Part shown: positions 22,770-35,226 of the stretch, piece by piece
How the letters are laid out: each line of letters starts with the position of its first letter
Position numbering within the stretch: the first letter of the stretch is position 1
DNA from: Mayamaea pseudoterrestris
Lineage: Eukaryota
Length of the DNA: 64,000 nt
Assembly: GCA_027923505.1 (NCBI GenBank)
Contig: BROI01000002.1
Span: 1,860,001 to 1,924,000 of the forward strand
Direction of reading: 5' to 3'
Notes under the pieces: generated by a model
The model's database searches: none
The model's input: the letters and a program-made list of their open reading frames with translations, nothing else
What the model was told of the DNA's origin: nothing
Position numbers and translations under genes: made by a program

Positions 22770-22839
22770 TATTGGTATTACAAGGTTTATCTAAGAATGA
22801 ATTACATGGTAGAAGGCATAGCTAACGCACAAGTTATCG

Positions 22840-24006
22840 TTACGCTGTCGAAATAGAATCAAACTCCTGATCGGGATGGTAGCCAATGAGCGCCTCCGTC
22901 TCCCAATCCACATGCTTCTTCATGTATTCCACGTACTTGTAGGGAAGTTGTCGACGAGACAGTCTTTGCGGTCCACTTGCTATGCACTGCGCCTTGGTGC
23001 CAAGTATTCCTTCAATGTTTTCCACGAGCCTTTGCGTGCCGCGCAGTGCCATGTCTTCGTACTGGACGGCAAAAAAGGATGTAATAAACCGAAAGTGCTC
23101 AATCGATAGAAAGTTGCGAATCTTGTCTCGTCGAAGGTCCAAAATAGAGTCGTAGGGTTGCCCCGAGCCGTCGTTGCGCATTTCGTAGCAGGGAAACACT
23201 TCGCGATCTTTGTGGACACGAAGGGCGTCCACCTCCAAACATGGAATGACCTGGCTGGGTCGGAACTTGTATTGGCAGATTGTTTCATTTGATGACAAAT
23301 CAATATCAATGTCCTTGCCAAAGCGAGGCATTGTCCATGGCTTGGTGACGTACTCTTGCCATGTAAGATTGAAATGTTCGGGTGCATGGTAGCTATCTGT
23401 ATGCATGGCCTTTACCCATTGCAGGGGATGCCGGAATTGTGAAACTACGAGAGCCGTTTTTCCAATCTGATTCTCGCTATAATCACCGTCTTCCTCTGTT
23501 AGAAAAGAGAAGAGGGCATGGTATGAGAATGTGTTTAATCTTCAGGCAAAATGGCAGGTAGCCCAGCGCAACGCTTTATGCGACTCACGAAACCAGTGCT
23601 TCCACCTTGTCAAGCCTCGCCGTACTTGGGCCGTATGGTTAAAGCAATCAGACAAGTGCTGAGTGATCCATTTCGTTCCAGAGTGGCGCTCTCCCAAAAC
23701 GTGAATCGTTGGTTTCTTTTGTCGAAATATTGTCGGATGTTGCTGCTGCTGATCTGGATGTTGGTCCGTCGACGACAATGCTACATTGGTCGGCAACATG
23801 GAAACATCATTGGCAGCATCTGCTTTAACTGCATTCCAATCTTTCGTGAGCAGCGTTGATGAAATAGAGAGCGATCGTCCACCGACAACTTCTCGAATGG
23901 ACAAGCCGCAAAGCAGAGTTGCAATGGCGAGGGTGGCAAGGAGCCCTATTTCCGTCGCTGATTTCCGTCGCCGTCTGAACACTCCTTGTGAATGTAGCTG
24001 TACCAT
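22840..24006 (-). CDS. Type II membrane sulfotransferase-like protein, paralog 1; exons 24006-23589 and 23495-22840
   Basis: N-terminal TM helix, LGERHSGTKW, WKHWF, FRHPLQWV and VQYED motifs. A GT-AG intron at 23588-23496 joins the two ORFs in frame. Confidence 0.75.
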
Positions 24007-24304
24007 TTTCGTCAGCTGATTTATAGTGCGAGGGTTTTGTTAGAAGGCAGGAAATCGTTGTGTTTTGCAATGGAGCATCAAGCCATGGTTGAGGTGCTGT
24101 CGGTCGACTTTTGGCGACGATTGAGTCACTGTGCGACTACTGCCACGACGCAATGCGAGCCTCCAGTATGGCGACGACCAATTCTCCAACAATTAATTAC
24201 AGGTAGAATACTTGTTCTCTTTACGTAAATGCAACATTTAATACATAGTAGATGATACTATGTGGCAGTTTTAACTCAAAGTCCAGGTGGAGAATTCACT
24301 AATG

Positions 24305-25487
24305 CTACTCAATTGCCGTTGTTACCGGTAGTTGCGGTCCATATCCAATCAACCGCTCAGCTTCCCAATCCACATGGTTCTGCATCCACTCCATATATTC
24401 GCGAGGCACTGGTCGAGATGAAAGGCTCTGCTGCGGCGCTGTCGGTTGACACTGCGCCTTGACTCCAAGTACTTTCTCCAACGTTTGGATCAACGATGCC
24501 GTTCCCTGTTGCACCATGTCTTCGTAACGCACACTTTCAAAGTGCTGAACGGATATAAAGTTAGCTATACTAAGAAAGTGGCGAATCTTGTCGGCTCGGA
24601 GCTGCAGTATATTGTCATATGGCTGACCTGAACCGTCGTTTCTAAGCTCATACAAGGAAGCAACCGGTCGAAAGCCGGTCACTCTAATGGTGGAATCTTC
24701 ATGGCACGGAATGGCTTGGAAGGGTCGAAACCTGTATTGGCAGGTTGGTTCGTCGAAATCTTGTGTACTGTTGTTTGCAAATGCATATAGCTCTCGATCT
24801 CGTCCATATCGCTCCATGGTCCAAGGCTGTGTGACAAAATCCTTCCACGTCAAATTGAAATGGTTTGGCGCATGGTACGGCTGTCAAAAGTGAGCAGCGA
24901 GGAGAGTACCCAAACAGTGAGACGATACATACAAACGCGAGTCTTCTCTTTAGCAAAGTAACGCGTCATGACGTACATTGATGCGCATGGCTTCGACCCA
25001 TTGATGAACGTCTCGAAACTGAGCAACGACAATCGAGCTTCGACTTGCGTATGCTCCATTCTCCTCTGCAACAAAGACAAACGATGAGTGAGAGAGTTAT
25101 TCCGTAACATCTCTAGTTTTCAATATCCATTCTCATTAACATACGAAACCAGTGCTTCCATCGACTGAGTGCGCTGACCACTCTGACTCGTGTTTTATTG
25201 TTGGCAAAGCATTCCGTCAAATGAGCCGTCATCCACTTGGTTCCGGAATGCCGCTCCCCGAGCAAGTGAATCGTTGTCATTGGCTTGAGTTTTGGCTTGC
25301 TATTGAGTTGGCGTAGACTGTTGTTGTTACTATTGGTTTCAATGATCAAGCCGAGACGACGATTGTTGTTGCAAATGACGGCTCCAGTGAAAAAGAACAG
25401 AACTGCAATGGCTCTTGTCGTGCTATTGCAATTAACATAGCGAGTCTGATGGGCTGATTGTTTTGATTTTATTGACCGAGACGACAT
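24305..25487 (-). CDS. Type II membrane sulfotransferase-like protein, paralog 2; exons 25487-25145, 25065-24977 and 24880-24305
   Basis: Same motifs as paralog 1 (LGERHSGTKW, WKHWF, YELRNDGSGQPYD, HVDWEAERLIGY). Two GT-AG introns restore a continuous frame. Confidence 0.75.
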
Positions 25488-25680
25488 TGTATGCAGCTGC
25501 TTTCTGTTCCATAATCGCCATGGTCGTTGGTCGAGTTGTCGTCGACAACGGATTCCTCGGGCGTCGTAGCGGTTTTGGAGTCTTGGTGAGACACGTACAT
25601 GACGTCGTTCCACCAATCGCAGCGAGAGGCTCGTCTGCCATGGCACAATCAAGCTGCTTTGTTTCGACCAAAGCATCGTC

Positions 25681-28600
25681 ATGGTCAACTTTCCGCCTCC
25701 TCCACCTCCTCCTCCACCAGCAGGGAGGCCTTCTGGTAGCAGGGAAAGCGTACCGTCGCACGCGCCCGCGCCGTTTCCATATCAATCGCACCAACAGAAT
25801 CCAGATTCGTCGACTGCTTCGTTCGCCCCTCCTCCACCACCTTTGCCTCCGACGAGTACCTTTTCGGCTCCACCCCAGGCTCAACAATATGCAAGTTATC
25901 CTCAAGGAAGCATGGGAAATGGAGAAATTTTGAATTCCAGACCAGTCTTCCCTCCGCCGCCGCCTCCAAGGCCTGTTCCAAACGCAGCTGGATCACTGGT
26001 TCATCCGCCTCCGACTACTCATTCAGCTCCGCCAAATGCGCCTTTATACCCAGCGACGCAGCAATCAACGTACCAAAATACGATGCAGCAATCTACATCT
26101 ATGAATTATGCCATGCCGCCATCGAACTTCGCGCCTCCAGCCGCAGCAATGCAAATGCAAACTCCGATTCATCCGCCTCTGCAGCACGCATATGCGCCTC
26201 CTCCGCCTCCAGGAATATACAATCAGCAGCCGCAGCAGCATCAACCATCACACTTGATGCCTCCAGCTCCTCCGCTTGCTCCTTCTCAGGCAAGACCCAT
26301 TGCTCCTCCAGCGCATGCAGCCAGTTACCAGCCGGCAGCTGTTGCCGCTCGCTTGGACCCTTCCCACATGCCCCGACCGCCACTTTGCACCTTTCCGCAG
26401 AATGATGGTCCGCAGCAGTCGCTACCAATATACTATCCTCGCGCGGCTGCAACAGACATGCAGTCGAATCCAGTCCCACCCGACGCAAGTACGCGCTTCG
26501 CTGCACTCGATGACGGCAATGCCAGTCCCAATTTGATGCGATGCACCACCTACGCCTTTCCGAAAGACCGAAGCGTGTGGCATGCCACCGGCGACTTGCC
26601 GCTGGGAATATTGTGCACGCCACTAGGTGTACATTCGGATGACTTCATGCCGCGGCCGCGACGAACCATTCATGGCAGTGACGAAGATTGGCAGGACGTG
26701 GAGCGCGTTCCAGTGGTGGCGTGCGCCAATGGTAACTTGCCGCCGCGCTGTAAGCACTGCAGCGCCTATCTGAATCCATTCTTTGGGCAAAATGGGAAAT
26801 GCAACTTTTGTGGAACACGCAATAATCAATTGTTAAATGTCATGAATGGTTCCTTGTCCATGCAGCTTGGAACAATGGAGTACATTGTCGAGGGACCGTA
26901 CGTGACGCGCGAGCAACCGGTGCAAGCAGCGGTGCATGTATATGCACTCGATGTGACTTGTCCACATGTTTTGGAATATGTTAGCATATTGCGCCAGGTT
27001 GGTTGTGAATTGCATCGACACTGGACGAGGCAGCAGCAGCAGTCACAAGAGTTGCAACCAAGGATTGGAGTGTGTTTAGTGTCGTCCGTTGGTATAATGC
27101 TGCGGAGTACAGATGGCAAGTTAAATGTCATTATTCCGGACGTGACGGAGAACCCGTTTGCTCCGTGGCCGCTTTACGACTGGTCTTTCGACGTATCAGC
27201 CAAGGAAGGTCTAGATGCATGGACAACCTTCTGTGACGAGCAGTTGGAGGGCGACGTTCGGGGGCTAAAAGAGCGAGCCAAGGGAAAAAATGCTCAAGGC
27301 ATGGATAACTTTGAGCTATCATGTGGAGGAGCAGGATTGGCGTTTCTGGCAGATGCATTGAAGGATAGCGGTGGGCGTGGCACACTCGTTTCGTGGAGGC
27401 GGCCAAACTTTGGCGTCGGATCTATACCTCATCGAAGCAGCAAGGCACGAGGTAAGCTTCGGGCGGAAGATGATGACGTTCCGTCGACACCGCTGCAAGT
27501 GCAGTCGACGTTTCGCAGTTCTCAAGATGAAGCTGCTGCTACATTTTACCAACGTTTGGCAAAAAGCTGCGTCAAGAATCGCGTTTCGCTCGACATTGTC
27601 ATGCATAGGGATCCCCTTTTGCAGCACCCATTCATGGACCTTGCCACGCTGGGAGAGCTATGTCGCGTCACGTCGGGCAAGCTCGCCTGGATTGACGTCA
27701 GCACCTGGAAGACACAACTATATGAAGAGCTTGTGCGTCAAATTTACAGCTTTTCCGGATGGGATGTTGTCTTCAAGCTGCGCTGTTCGGACGGTCTCCA
27801 AATTAAGTCCTTGATCTGTTCACCGGGAACTGTTGTCGAGGAATTGGTCGGCTCGCCAGAGGTGGAGCTCACGACGCTTTCGTCCACGACATGTTTGGCG
27901 ATCGAGCTTGACCATCGCATCGGAGGCGTACGAAAGGATCAGCCATTCGTCTTTTTCCAATCGGCGACACTTTACACGACAATGAGTGGTCAACGACGCG
28001 TTCGTGTTTCGACGCTTGCTGTACGAACTGCTACTACGGCAAAGGAAGTGTTTCGAAGCGTTGACTTTTCTACTGTATCGTCCGTTCTCCTTCGACGAGT
28101 TGTCGCAAACCTTCGTCGGATGGAAGGAAGCGAAGATGTATCACTCCGAGCGCAGACTCGCGACGCAATCTACATTCAATGCGTACATATGCTTGCCGCC
28201 TACCGCAAAGAGACGGGATCAATGAATGATCAACTTTTGCTACCGAGCCGAATGCAAACGTTACCGCTGTTTCTCATGGCTTTGCTAAAAAGTTTAATGC
28301 TTCGGCCAGGTGTTCCTGTTCGTATGGAAGGTGCTGGCTCGCCTCTTCTACTACGACCATCTGCTGACGAGCGTTCCGTTTTTCAGTTCCATAGCGCCAC
28401 TACAATCCCAGCATTTTGCCTGCAGCTGCTTTACCCTCGTATCTTTGCAATTGACGACGCTGCACTGGAAGGTTACGGAGATTGGTGTGCGTCTGAAGCG
28501 TCTGCTGAATTCAATGGTTTCGTTCGGCTACCACCGCCACTCTATCCGAGTCTCGAAGTGCTTCAAGACGAATGCTTGTATCTGATTGATGGCGGTTTAA

Positions 28601-28923
28601 AGATGTATCTTGTTGTTGGTAAAGACGTTGCACCCGAAGTCAAGGAGCAGGTTCATAAATGCGCTCTTGGCGAGTGGAATCCTCGTGCGCAGAACTTGTT
28701 GTGGCAACTGCGTGCGTTCAACTCTATCGGTCGGGGCTCCGAGTCCGAACTTCGTCCTACGTATGCTACAGTATCCATTGTATTTCAACAAGGCAATCAT
28801 CAGAATCCGCTGGAGATGGCAGTGATGGATCTCATGTTGGACGATGCGATCGGAGGGCAACGGGACTATAACGATTTCCTCATTGCGTTACAGAACAGCA
28901 TTCGCACTTATAAAATATCCTGA
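25681..28923 (+). CDS. SEC24: COPII cargo adaptor Sec24 family protein
   Basis: Pro-rich N-terminus, zinc finger RCKHCSAYLNPF...CNFCG, trunk domain, LYTTMSGQRRVRVSTL beta-sandwich motif and gelsolin-like C-terminus. Confidence 0.9.
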   Translation: MVNFPPPPPPPPPAGRPSGSRESVPSHAPAPFPYQSHQQNPDSSTASFAPPPPPLPPTSTFSAPPQAQQYASYPQGSMGNGEILNSRPVFPPPPPPRPVPNAAGSLVHPPPTTHSAPPNAPLYPATQQSTYQNTMQQSTSMNYAMPPSNFAPPAAAMQMQTPIHPPLQHAYAPPPPPGIYNQQPQQHQPSHLMPPAPPLAPSQARPIAPPAHAASYQPAAVAARLDPSHMPRPPLCTFPQNDGPQQSLPIYYPRAAATDMQSNPVPPDASTRFAALDDGNASPNLMRCTTYAFPKDRSVWHATGDLPLGILCTPLGVHSDDFMPRPRRTIHGSDEDWQDVERVPVVACANGNLPPRCKHCSAYLNPFFGQNGKCNFCGTRNNQLLNVMNGSLSMQLGTMEYIVEGPYVTREQPVQAAVHVYALDVTCPHVLEYVSILRQVGCELHRHWTRQQQQSQELQPRIGVCLVSSVGIMLRSTDGKLNVIIPDVTENPFAPWPLYDWSFDVSAKEGLDAWTTFCDEQLEGDVRGLKERAKGKNAQGMDNFELSCGGAGLAFLADALKDSGGRGTLVSWRRPNFGVGSIPHRSSKARGKLRAEDDDVPSTPLQVQSTFRSSQDEAAATFYQRLAKSCVKNRVSLDIVMHRDPLLQHPFMDLATLGELCRVTSGKLAWIDVSTWKTQLYEELVRQIYSFSGWDVVFKLRCSDGLQIKSLICSPGTVVEELVGSPEVELTTLSSTTCLAIELDHRIGGVRKDQPFVFFQSATLYTTMSGQRRVRVSTLAVRTATTAKEVFRSVDFSTVSSVLLRRVVANLRRMEGSEDVSLRAQTRDAIYIQCVHMLAAYRKETGSMNDQLLLPSRMQTLPLFLMALLKSLMLRPGVPVRMEGAGSPLLLRPSADERSVFQFHSATTIPAFCLQLLYPRIFAIDDAALEGYGDWCASEASAEFNGFVRLPPPLYPSLEVLQDECLYLIDGGLKMYLVVGKDVAPEVKEQVHKCALGEWNPRAQNLLWQLRAFNSIGRGSESELRPTYATVSIVFQQGNHQNPLEMAVMDLMLDDAIGGQRDYNDFLIALQNSIRTYKIS

Positions 28924-29427
28924 TACAAATCTTACTGTTATCGTGTTTCTAAAATATTCTATTAGATCAGCAGCAGTCTCGTGGCCACCGGAAGAGGCGG
29001 CAGGGCCACAAGAAAAAGCACCGACTCAACAGATCCAAGAGATAGAATCATCCGAGCGATATTTCTTCTAGATGAAGGTCTGACATTTGATTTACTTAAA
29101 CAGGGTGATATACCGGCGCCATGCGCCATGCCATGGTCAATCTGAAGAATGCACGGCGAGCAAAAAAGCGTGACGAATATCGTAGCGGTTCTGAATTAAC
29201 GTCAAGCGGTTATGAAAAGCTGTCACATTATTTGCGTACGTCACTCGACGAAAATCAGCTGCGCGGCAGATCTTGACGATGGCGGCTCATCGCGTCAATC
29301 CATCGGATCTTTTTCCATCCATCTCTCTGCGCTGTTCAGATCCTTCTTATTAACGACAGAACGACGAGCTGCACATACCTGCATGCGCCAATTGCTCAAA
29401 AATATAATTAGCAAACGACGACAAATC

Positions 29428-30711
29428 ATGAAGCTCGCTCTTCCAATTTCGACATTACTATGCTGTCATACTTTTGCCTCAGCCTTCCAAGCAACTACAA
29501 CACGACGACAAGCGACAACATCATCTAGCCGTTCGGCTCTATTCGTGGATCGTCGACAATTTGGGAAAGCTTTGCTAACAGGAGGCGCTTCCATCATTGC
29601 TGGCTCGTCACTGTTACTTCCAACCACCCCAGCGAATGCACAAGTCTTTTTCGATCCCGCTCAATACGGCGATCAAGAGCTCCGAGTCGGCGCGGTCGAC
29701 AGTGTGCGCGAGAGCGTTCGACGCGCCATTCTCCGCAACCCAAAGCTGGCGCCATCCTTCTATCAGCTTGCTGTATTGGATGCACTCTCATTCAACGCGC
29801 AAACACAAGAGTATGGACCAGATGGGAGTGTACTGAAACTAGTATTTTCCAGCAAGGAGACGGACGAATACACCAAGAACCTACAAGAGGCGAGTCTGGC
29901 ACTATTGGATGCCGAAAAGGCATTGCGAAAAAAGACTGCCATTAGTTTGGCCGACGCCATTGCCATTGGAGGTGCCGAAGCAATCGAGTCCATCGGCGGA
30001 CCCGTTTTGACGGTTCAACTGGGCCGGGCGGATACGCCAAAGAATGGTCGCGTCACGGACTTGCCGCTCGATTTGATGTCGGGCAAGCGGTCCAATGCAG
30101 AGATTGCAGCTGCGTTCAAGAGCGCCGGCATGACGGAGCGAGAAATGACAGCACTTTTGACGGCATTCATGACGCTGGAGCGAGTGGAAAAGTCGCGAAC
30201 GACGGAGGACTGGAAGCAGAGTGCCAAACCAAAGTTCCGGGAACCTGGCAAGATTGGACGCATGTCAGACTTCAAGAGACTGACGGATGAAGACATTGCG
30301 CAAGCGGAGCTTGATGCAGAGCTGGAGGATCCGGACGATGGATGGTACATTGCGGATAGCTTTGGAACTCGCGACGATAGATTTGGTGACAGAATTGGCA
30401 AGGATGAAATTAGCGAAAAGACTTTCAACAAGTATGTCATTGAATTCAATGACTCTTTGCGGAAAAAAGGTGGCGATGAGCCAACATCTTTTGGCTGGGT
30501 TGGAGTTTTGTTATCCGATTCAAACTTGCCGACGGTTCAAACCTGGGTTCAAAAGTATGATGGCTCCAATCTGAGCTACATCAAAGACCTGTCGGTTTCA
30601 TACAACTCGTTGACGCAGCTTGGTGCTGTCTACACTGGAGGAAAGTATGAAAATCTGCTCAAAAACAAACCACGGAAGAGTCTGAACGACGACGACTTAA
30701 AGCTGTTTTGA
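29428..30711 (+). CDS. Thylakoid lumen TL29/APX4-like peroxidase-fold protein (probably non-catalytic)
   Basis: Likely start MKLALP. Signal ends ASA-F, followed by twin-arginine DRRQF and an ANA cleavage site. Class I peroxidase motifs ISLADAIAIGGAEAI and VQLGRAD are present, but the heme His residues are absent. Confidence 0.8.
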   Translation: MKLALPISTLLCCHTFASAFQATTTRRQATTSSSRSALFVDRRQFGKALLTGGASIIAGSSLLLPTTPANAQVFFDPAQYGDQELRVGAVDSVRESVRRAILRNPKLAPSFYQLAVLDALSFNAQTQEYGPDGSVLKLVFSSKETDEYTKNLQEASLALLDAEKALRKKTAISLADAIAIGGAEAIESIGGPVLTVQLGRADTPKNGRVTDLPLDLMSGKRSNAEIAAAFKSAGMTEREMTALLTAFMTLERVEKSRTTEDWKQSAKPKFREPGKIGRMSDFKRLTDEDIAQAELDAELEDPDDGWYIADSFGTRDDRFGDRIGKDEISEKTFNKYVIEFNDSLRKKGGDEPTSFGWVGVLLSDSNLPTVQTWVQKYDGSNLSYIKDLSVSYNSLTQLGAVYTGGKYENLLKNKPRKSLNDDDLKLF

Positions 30712-30904
30712 AGGAGATGGTTTAAGTTAATGAACATTCTATTTCATACTGAGTAGAAGCTAGCTAGCAATATGAATTTTGTTAAATGAAACTTTCGATT
30801 ACTATTTTTACTATGCCTTACAGCGGCGTTCCTGCCAAGAGAAACCCGCATGGTGGACGTGAGTGAACTGAGCTGCGCTTTTGTGCCATCGACGAATTGC
30901 GCGC

Positions 30905-32855
30905 TTAATAATTTTCTTTTGAGACACCAAATGAATAAGTAACAGGCGAGTCCGGGAACAGTGTTTTGGAAATGCCGAACGAAAATCCATTTGTGTTGCA
31001 CTCGGGGGCAATGTTCTGATCCGGAGCATCATCTTTGGAGACGCAGTACTTGTCAAGCAGACCAACCGCCATCTCGTAGATTTCATTGTTTGGATGGCTC
31101 TGCAAGTCTTCCAACAGGTGTAGCCCCTCGCGATCGGCAAAGCGCCCCAAGTACTTGATGTTGTTGTGAAACAGCGTATCCAGCGTCTTCAACACTTGGG
31201 TGAGCAGCGCAATATCCGTGCGGGGCAAGAGAACGTCGACAAAGACCTCCATAGCTTGATTAACTTCAATCAATAGACGAATCTGTTTGTCATTTCCTCT
31301 TTCGACGACGTTGCACAGGGCGTAGGCTGCTTCCTTTTTAACTTCATGTGAAGCGTTAAGCGCCATGTCGACGACTTTCTTGAAGACTCCGCAGTATCGC
31401 TCCTGATCAAAGATCATCTGCACCTGCTCTACAGAGCCAGCAGCAATGTTAGACAGAGTCCAGCAAGCGTCCTTTTGGATTTGCTTCTATGAGGGATTAG
31501 GTGAAAAGTAATGTGGTCAGCCAATACTTTGTAAAGGTCCTCACAACTCGCAACACCTTCCACTTACGCTGTTATAGTTCAAAAGGGAAAGCATATGACG
31601 CAAGTATCCAGCATTGAGGATGTGCTGCGTCTGCTCGTCCGTGCCGCGAGTCAAGCTCCCAATGGCACGCACCGTCGGCAAGAGCAATGCTTTTAGGGGT
31701 GCGCGCGCAACAATGCGAACCAACAGAGGAACGGCGCCCGCATCAATTAATGCTTGAATTCCCACGTCATGCTCGGCAACATACGAAATGGCCCAGATAA
31801 AATCAATGCTGAGCTTATCAGCTTTAGAGCGTTCATCATCACAAGCTAGGTCCAATCGTGAGAGAGCATTGATCAAGGGCCGAATGAACGGCTGAATGGA
31901 ACCAAAGTCGCGGCTGGAGCGACACAAGCTAGACATGGCCCAAGCAACATTTCGCATGTGTTCCACCGAGCGATAATTTTCTAGGTTTGCAATGCTATAG
32001 AGCAACGAACGAGTTTTAGTGAGCAATGTGTCAATGTGGAGGCATGCTCTTGTGAAAGGATCGGCGAAGCAAACTCAAACAACTTACAGTCCATATACCA
32101 CCTCGGGCATTTGCAAAAGTCCCTCGCGATATTCCGGCTTGTCACCCGCAATGTTTCCCAAGCACCAAGCAGCCTGCAAGCTAACTGATGTATCTTCATG
32201 GCCCAAGTTCTTGGCAAGACAGTGAACCGCCCCGGGCTGTTTGACCACGACGGACGCAAGCTTGGTATCTGTAATGTTCGTCAAGGTCCACTCGGCTTCA
32301 AAGACGATGTCTGCATGTTTCGTCATGCTCAAGAAGCGTACCAGATGCGGAACAATATCCATCTTCACCATCTGCACGACAAGGTCGACGGGAGGATGTT
32401 TGGGACGACAAAGGAGGCGGCGGACACTGCGAACTGCTTCCAAAACCAAAGTTGTGTTGTCTTGACTTGCCACCATGACCTCGCGCGCTTTCTTGAGAAT
32501 GTAAATATCTTCCTCCATAGAAGGCTGCTGTGTCGACTCGTCAATTGTCATGGCCGTATCGTTTGTCAACGTATAATTCATGGACATGTCGCTTGCCAAA
32601 CGCCGGGCCTTGAGCATTTGCTCCTTCTTGTTTTTGCGGAGTCGGATGGTCGTCTCCTCGCGGCCACGACGAAGCGCAGTAACAACATCTTTTTTGCTGA
32701 CTGCGAGAGTTATGTCAAGACAGGAGGGTGGTTAGAAAGTGATTGTTTTCGTCGAGACTTTGACGCGTCGTTCAAGCCGACCGTCCATTGTCCATTCGCT
32801 TTCGCTCACTCGTTCACTCGCATCGAAACTCACCGGACTTCATTTTCGAGCTCAT
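30905..32855 (-). CDS. Importin alpha; exons 32855-32834, 32700-32088, 31994-31568 and 31486-30905
   Basis: IBB domain (RRGREETTIRLRKNKKEQMLKARR) and ARM repeats (EAEWTLTNI, AAWCLGNIAGD, ACWTLSNIAAG, KKEAAYALCN). C-terminal LQSHPNNEIY. Three GT-AG introns join in frame. Confidence 0.92.
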
Positions 32856-33275
32856 TTTGTTTCTAATAAGCTTTTGCAATGATGAGTGAGTGTGTGCGAG
32901 TCGGAAGCTAGTAGTCTTGGAATAAAGGAAAGCAAAGCCGAGACGAGACGAATGCAATGAGACCGGAAGCAATCGCAGAATTGTGTTGGCGATGGGAGTC
33001 CCATCTGGGTGCAGCTCATCGTCCACCTCGCGAGCATGGCGGTACTCTTTGTTAAGTATAAAACGTGTTCAAAACTTGGCATGTGATGGACAGACGTGGT
33101 GAAGATTCGTGGTCCGCAGCTGCTCCGCGTCATCTGCGTGACGTCGAAAGCGTTCCATCCGCGTCGATGGATCCGTGATGCGAACCGTCATGGGCTTCAT
33201 CGTCATGGAAGATCTTTCGCGCGATCCTCACAAATCATAGGCAAGCTGCTTGAAACGGAAGCATCTATTAACTAG

Positions 33276-34555
<1,280 letters not shown>

Positions 34556-35226
34556 AGATGCTGTTGTCTTGACAGTGGATTGCCAGTTGAGATGAATTGC
34601 AAGTGCGAGGCGTTCATTTATCACGTTTATTAAGGAGTTATCAATAGATACGAGGTTATTGTGTGCTGACTGCGGTTAGTAGAATTGACAACGCTATGGT
34701 GTCCGATAAAGTACTTGCAAAGTAGTAGGTAGGGGAACGTTGAGCTGTGGCGAAAGCAAACGTCGTACTGGTACTGTCATTCTTTTGTCGATCGCCATCC
34801 GCCTACCGGTAGGTACATCTCGCAGTCAATTTAGAGCCATCTAGCGAACCATCAAGATGATACCTACGAGCGATATTCATCGATTGAACAGCGCACGAGG
34901 ATTGACAGATGCTACGGAAACTCTGCTTTCGTTTGTCGGTGAGGAAAACGTCCATCAGCGTAGCGTGTGGATTTTTGCGTCCCTCTCGTCTGGTCGCCGG
35001 ACCCAGCCTCGCCACTTCAAGCAGCTTGCTTTCTGCGCAACAGACCTTTCGGAAATGCTGTTTATTGCATGAACTTAAGAAGTGTATCCTGTCTTCATTG
35101 GCGGGAGTCAGCTTCAACGGCGACGGAATGAAAGAACGCCCAATTCCCACCTACCCTTGTGGACATCGGCTTCAGTCGTGCCGTTGTATATCGAACTCTT
35201 CTACGACGTCAGAAACGACGTCCGAT

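Noticed and set aside
28960..29075. Possible box C/D snoRNA on the minus strand (GGATGA...CTGA with an internal hairpin)
   Set aside because: Box C is imperfect, there is no terminal stem, and no rRNA-complementary guide could be identified.
29212..29427. N-terminal extensions given by the ORF track (also 33653, 34909, 52802, 56553)
   Set aside because: Other ATGs give proper targeting peptides or domain starts. The extensions are UTR or intron read-through.
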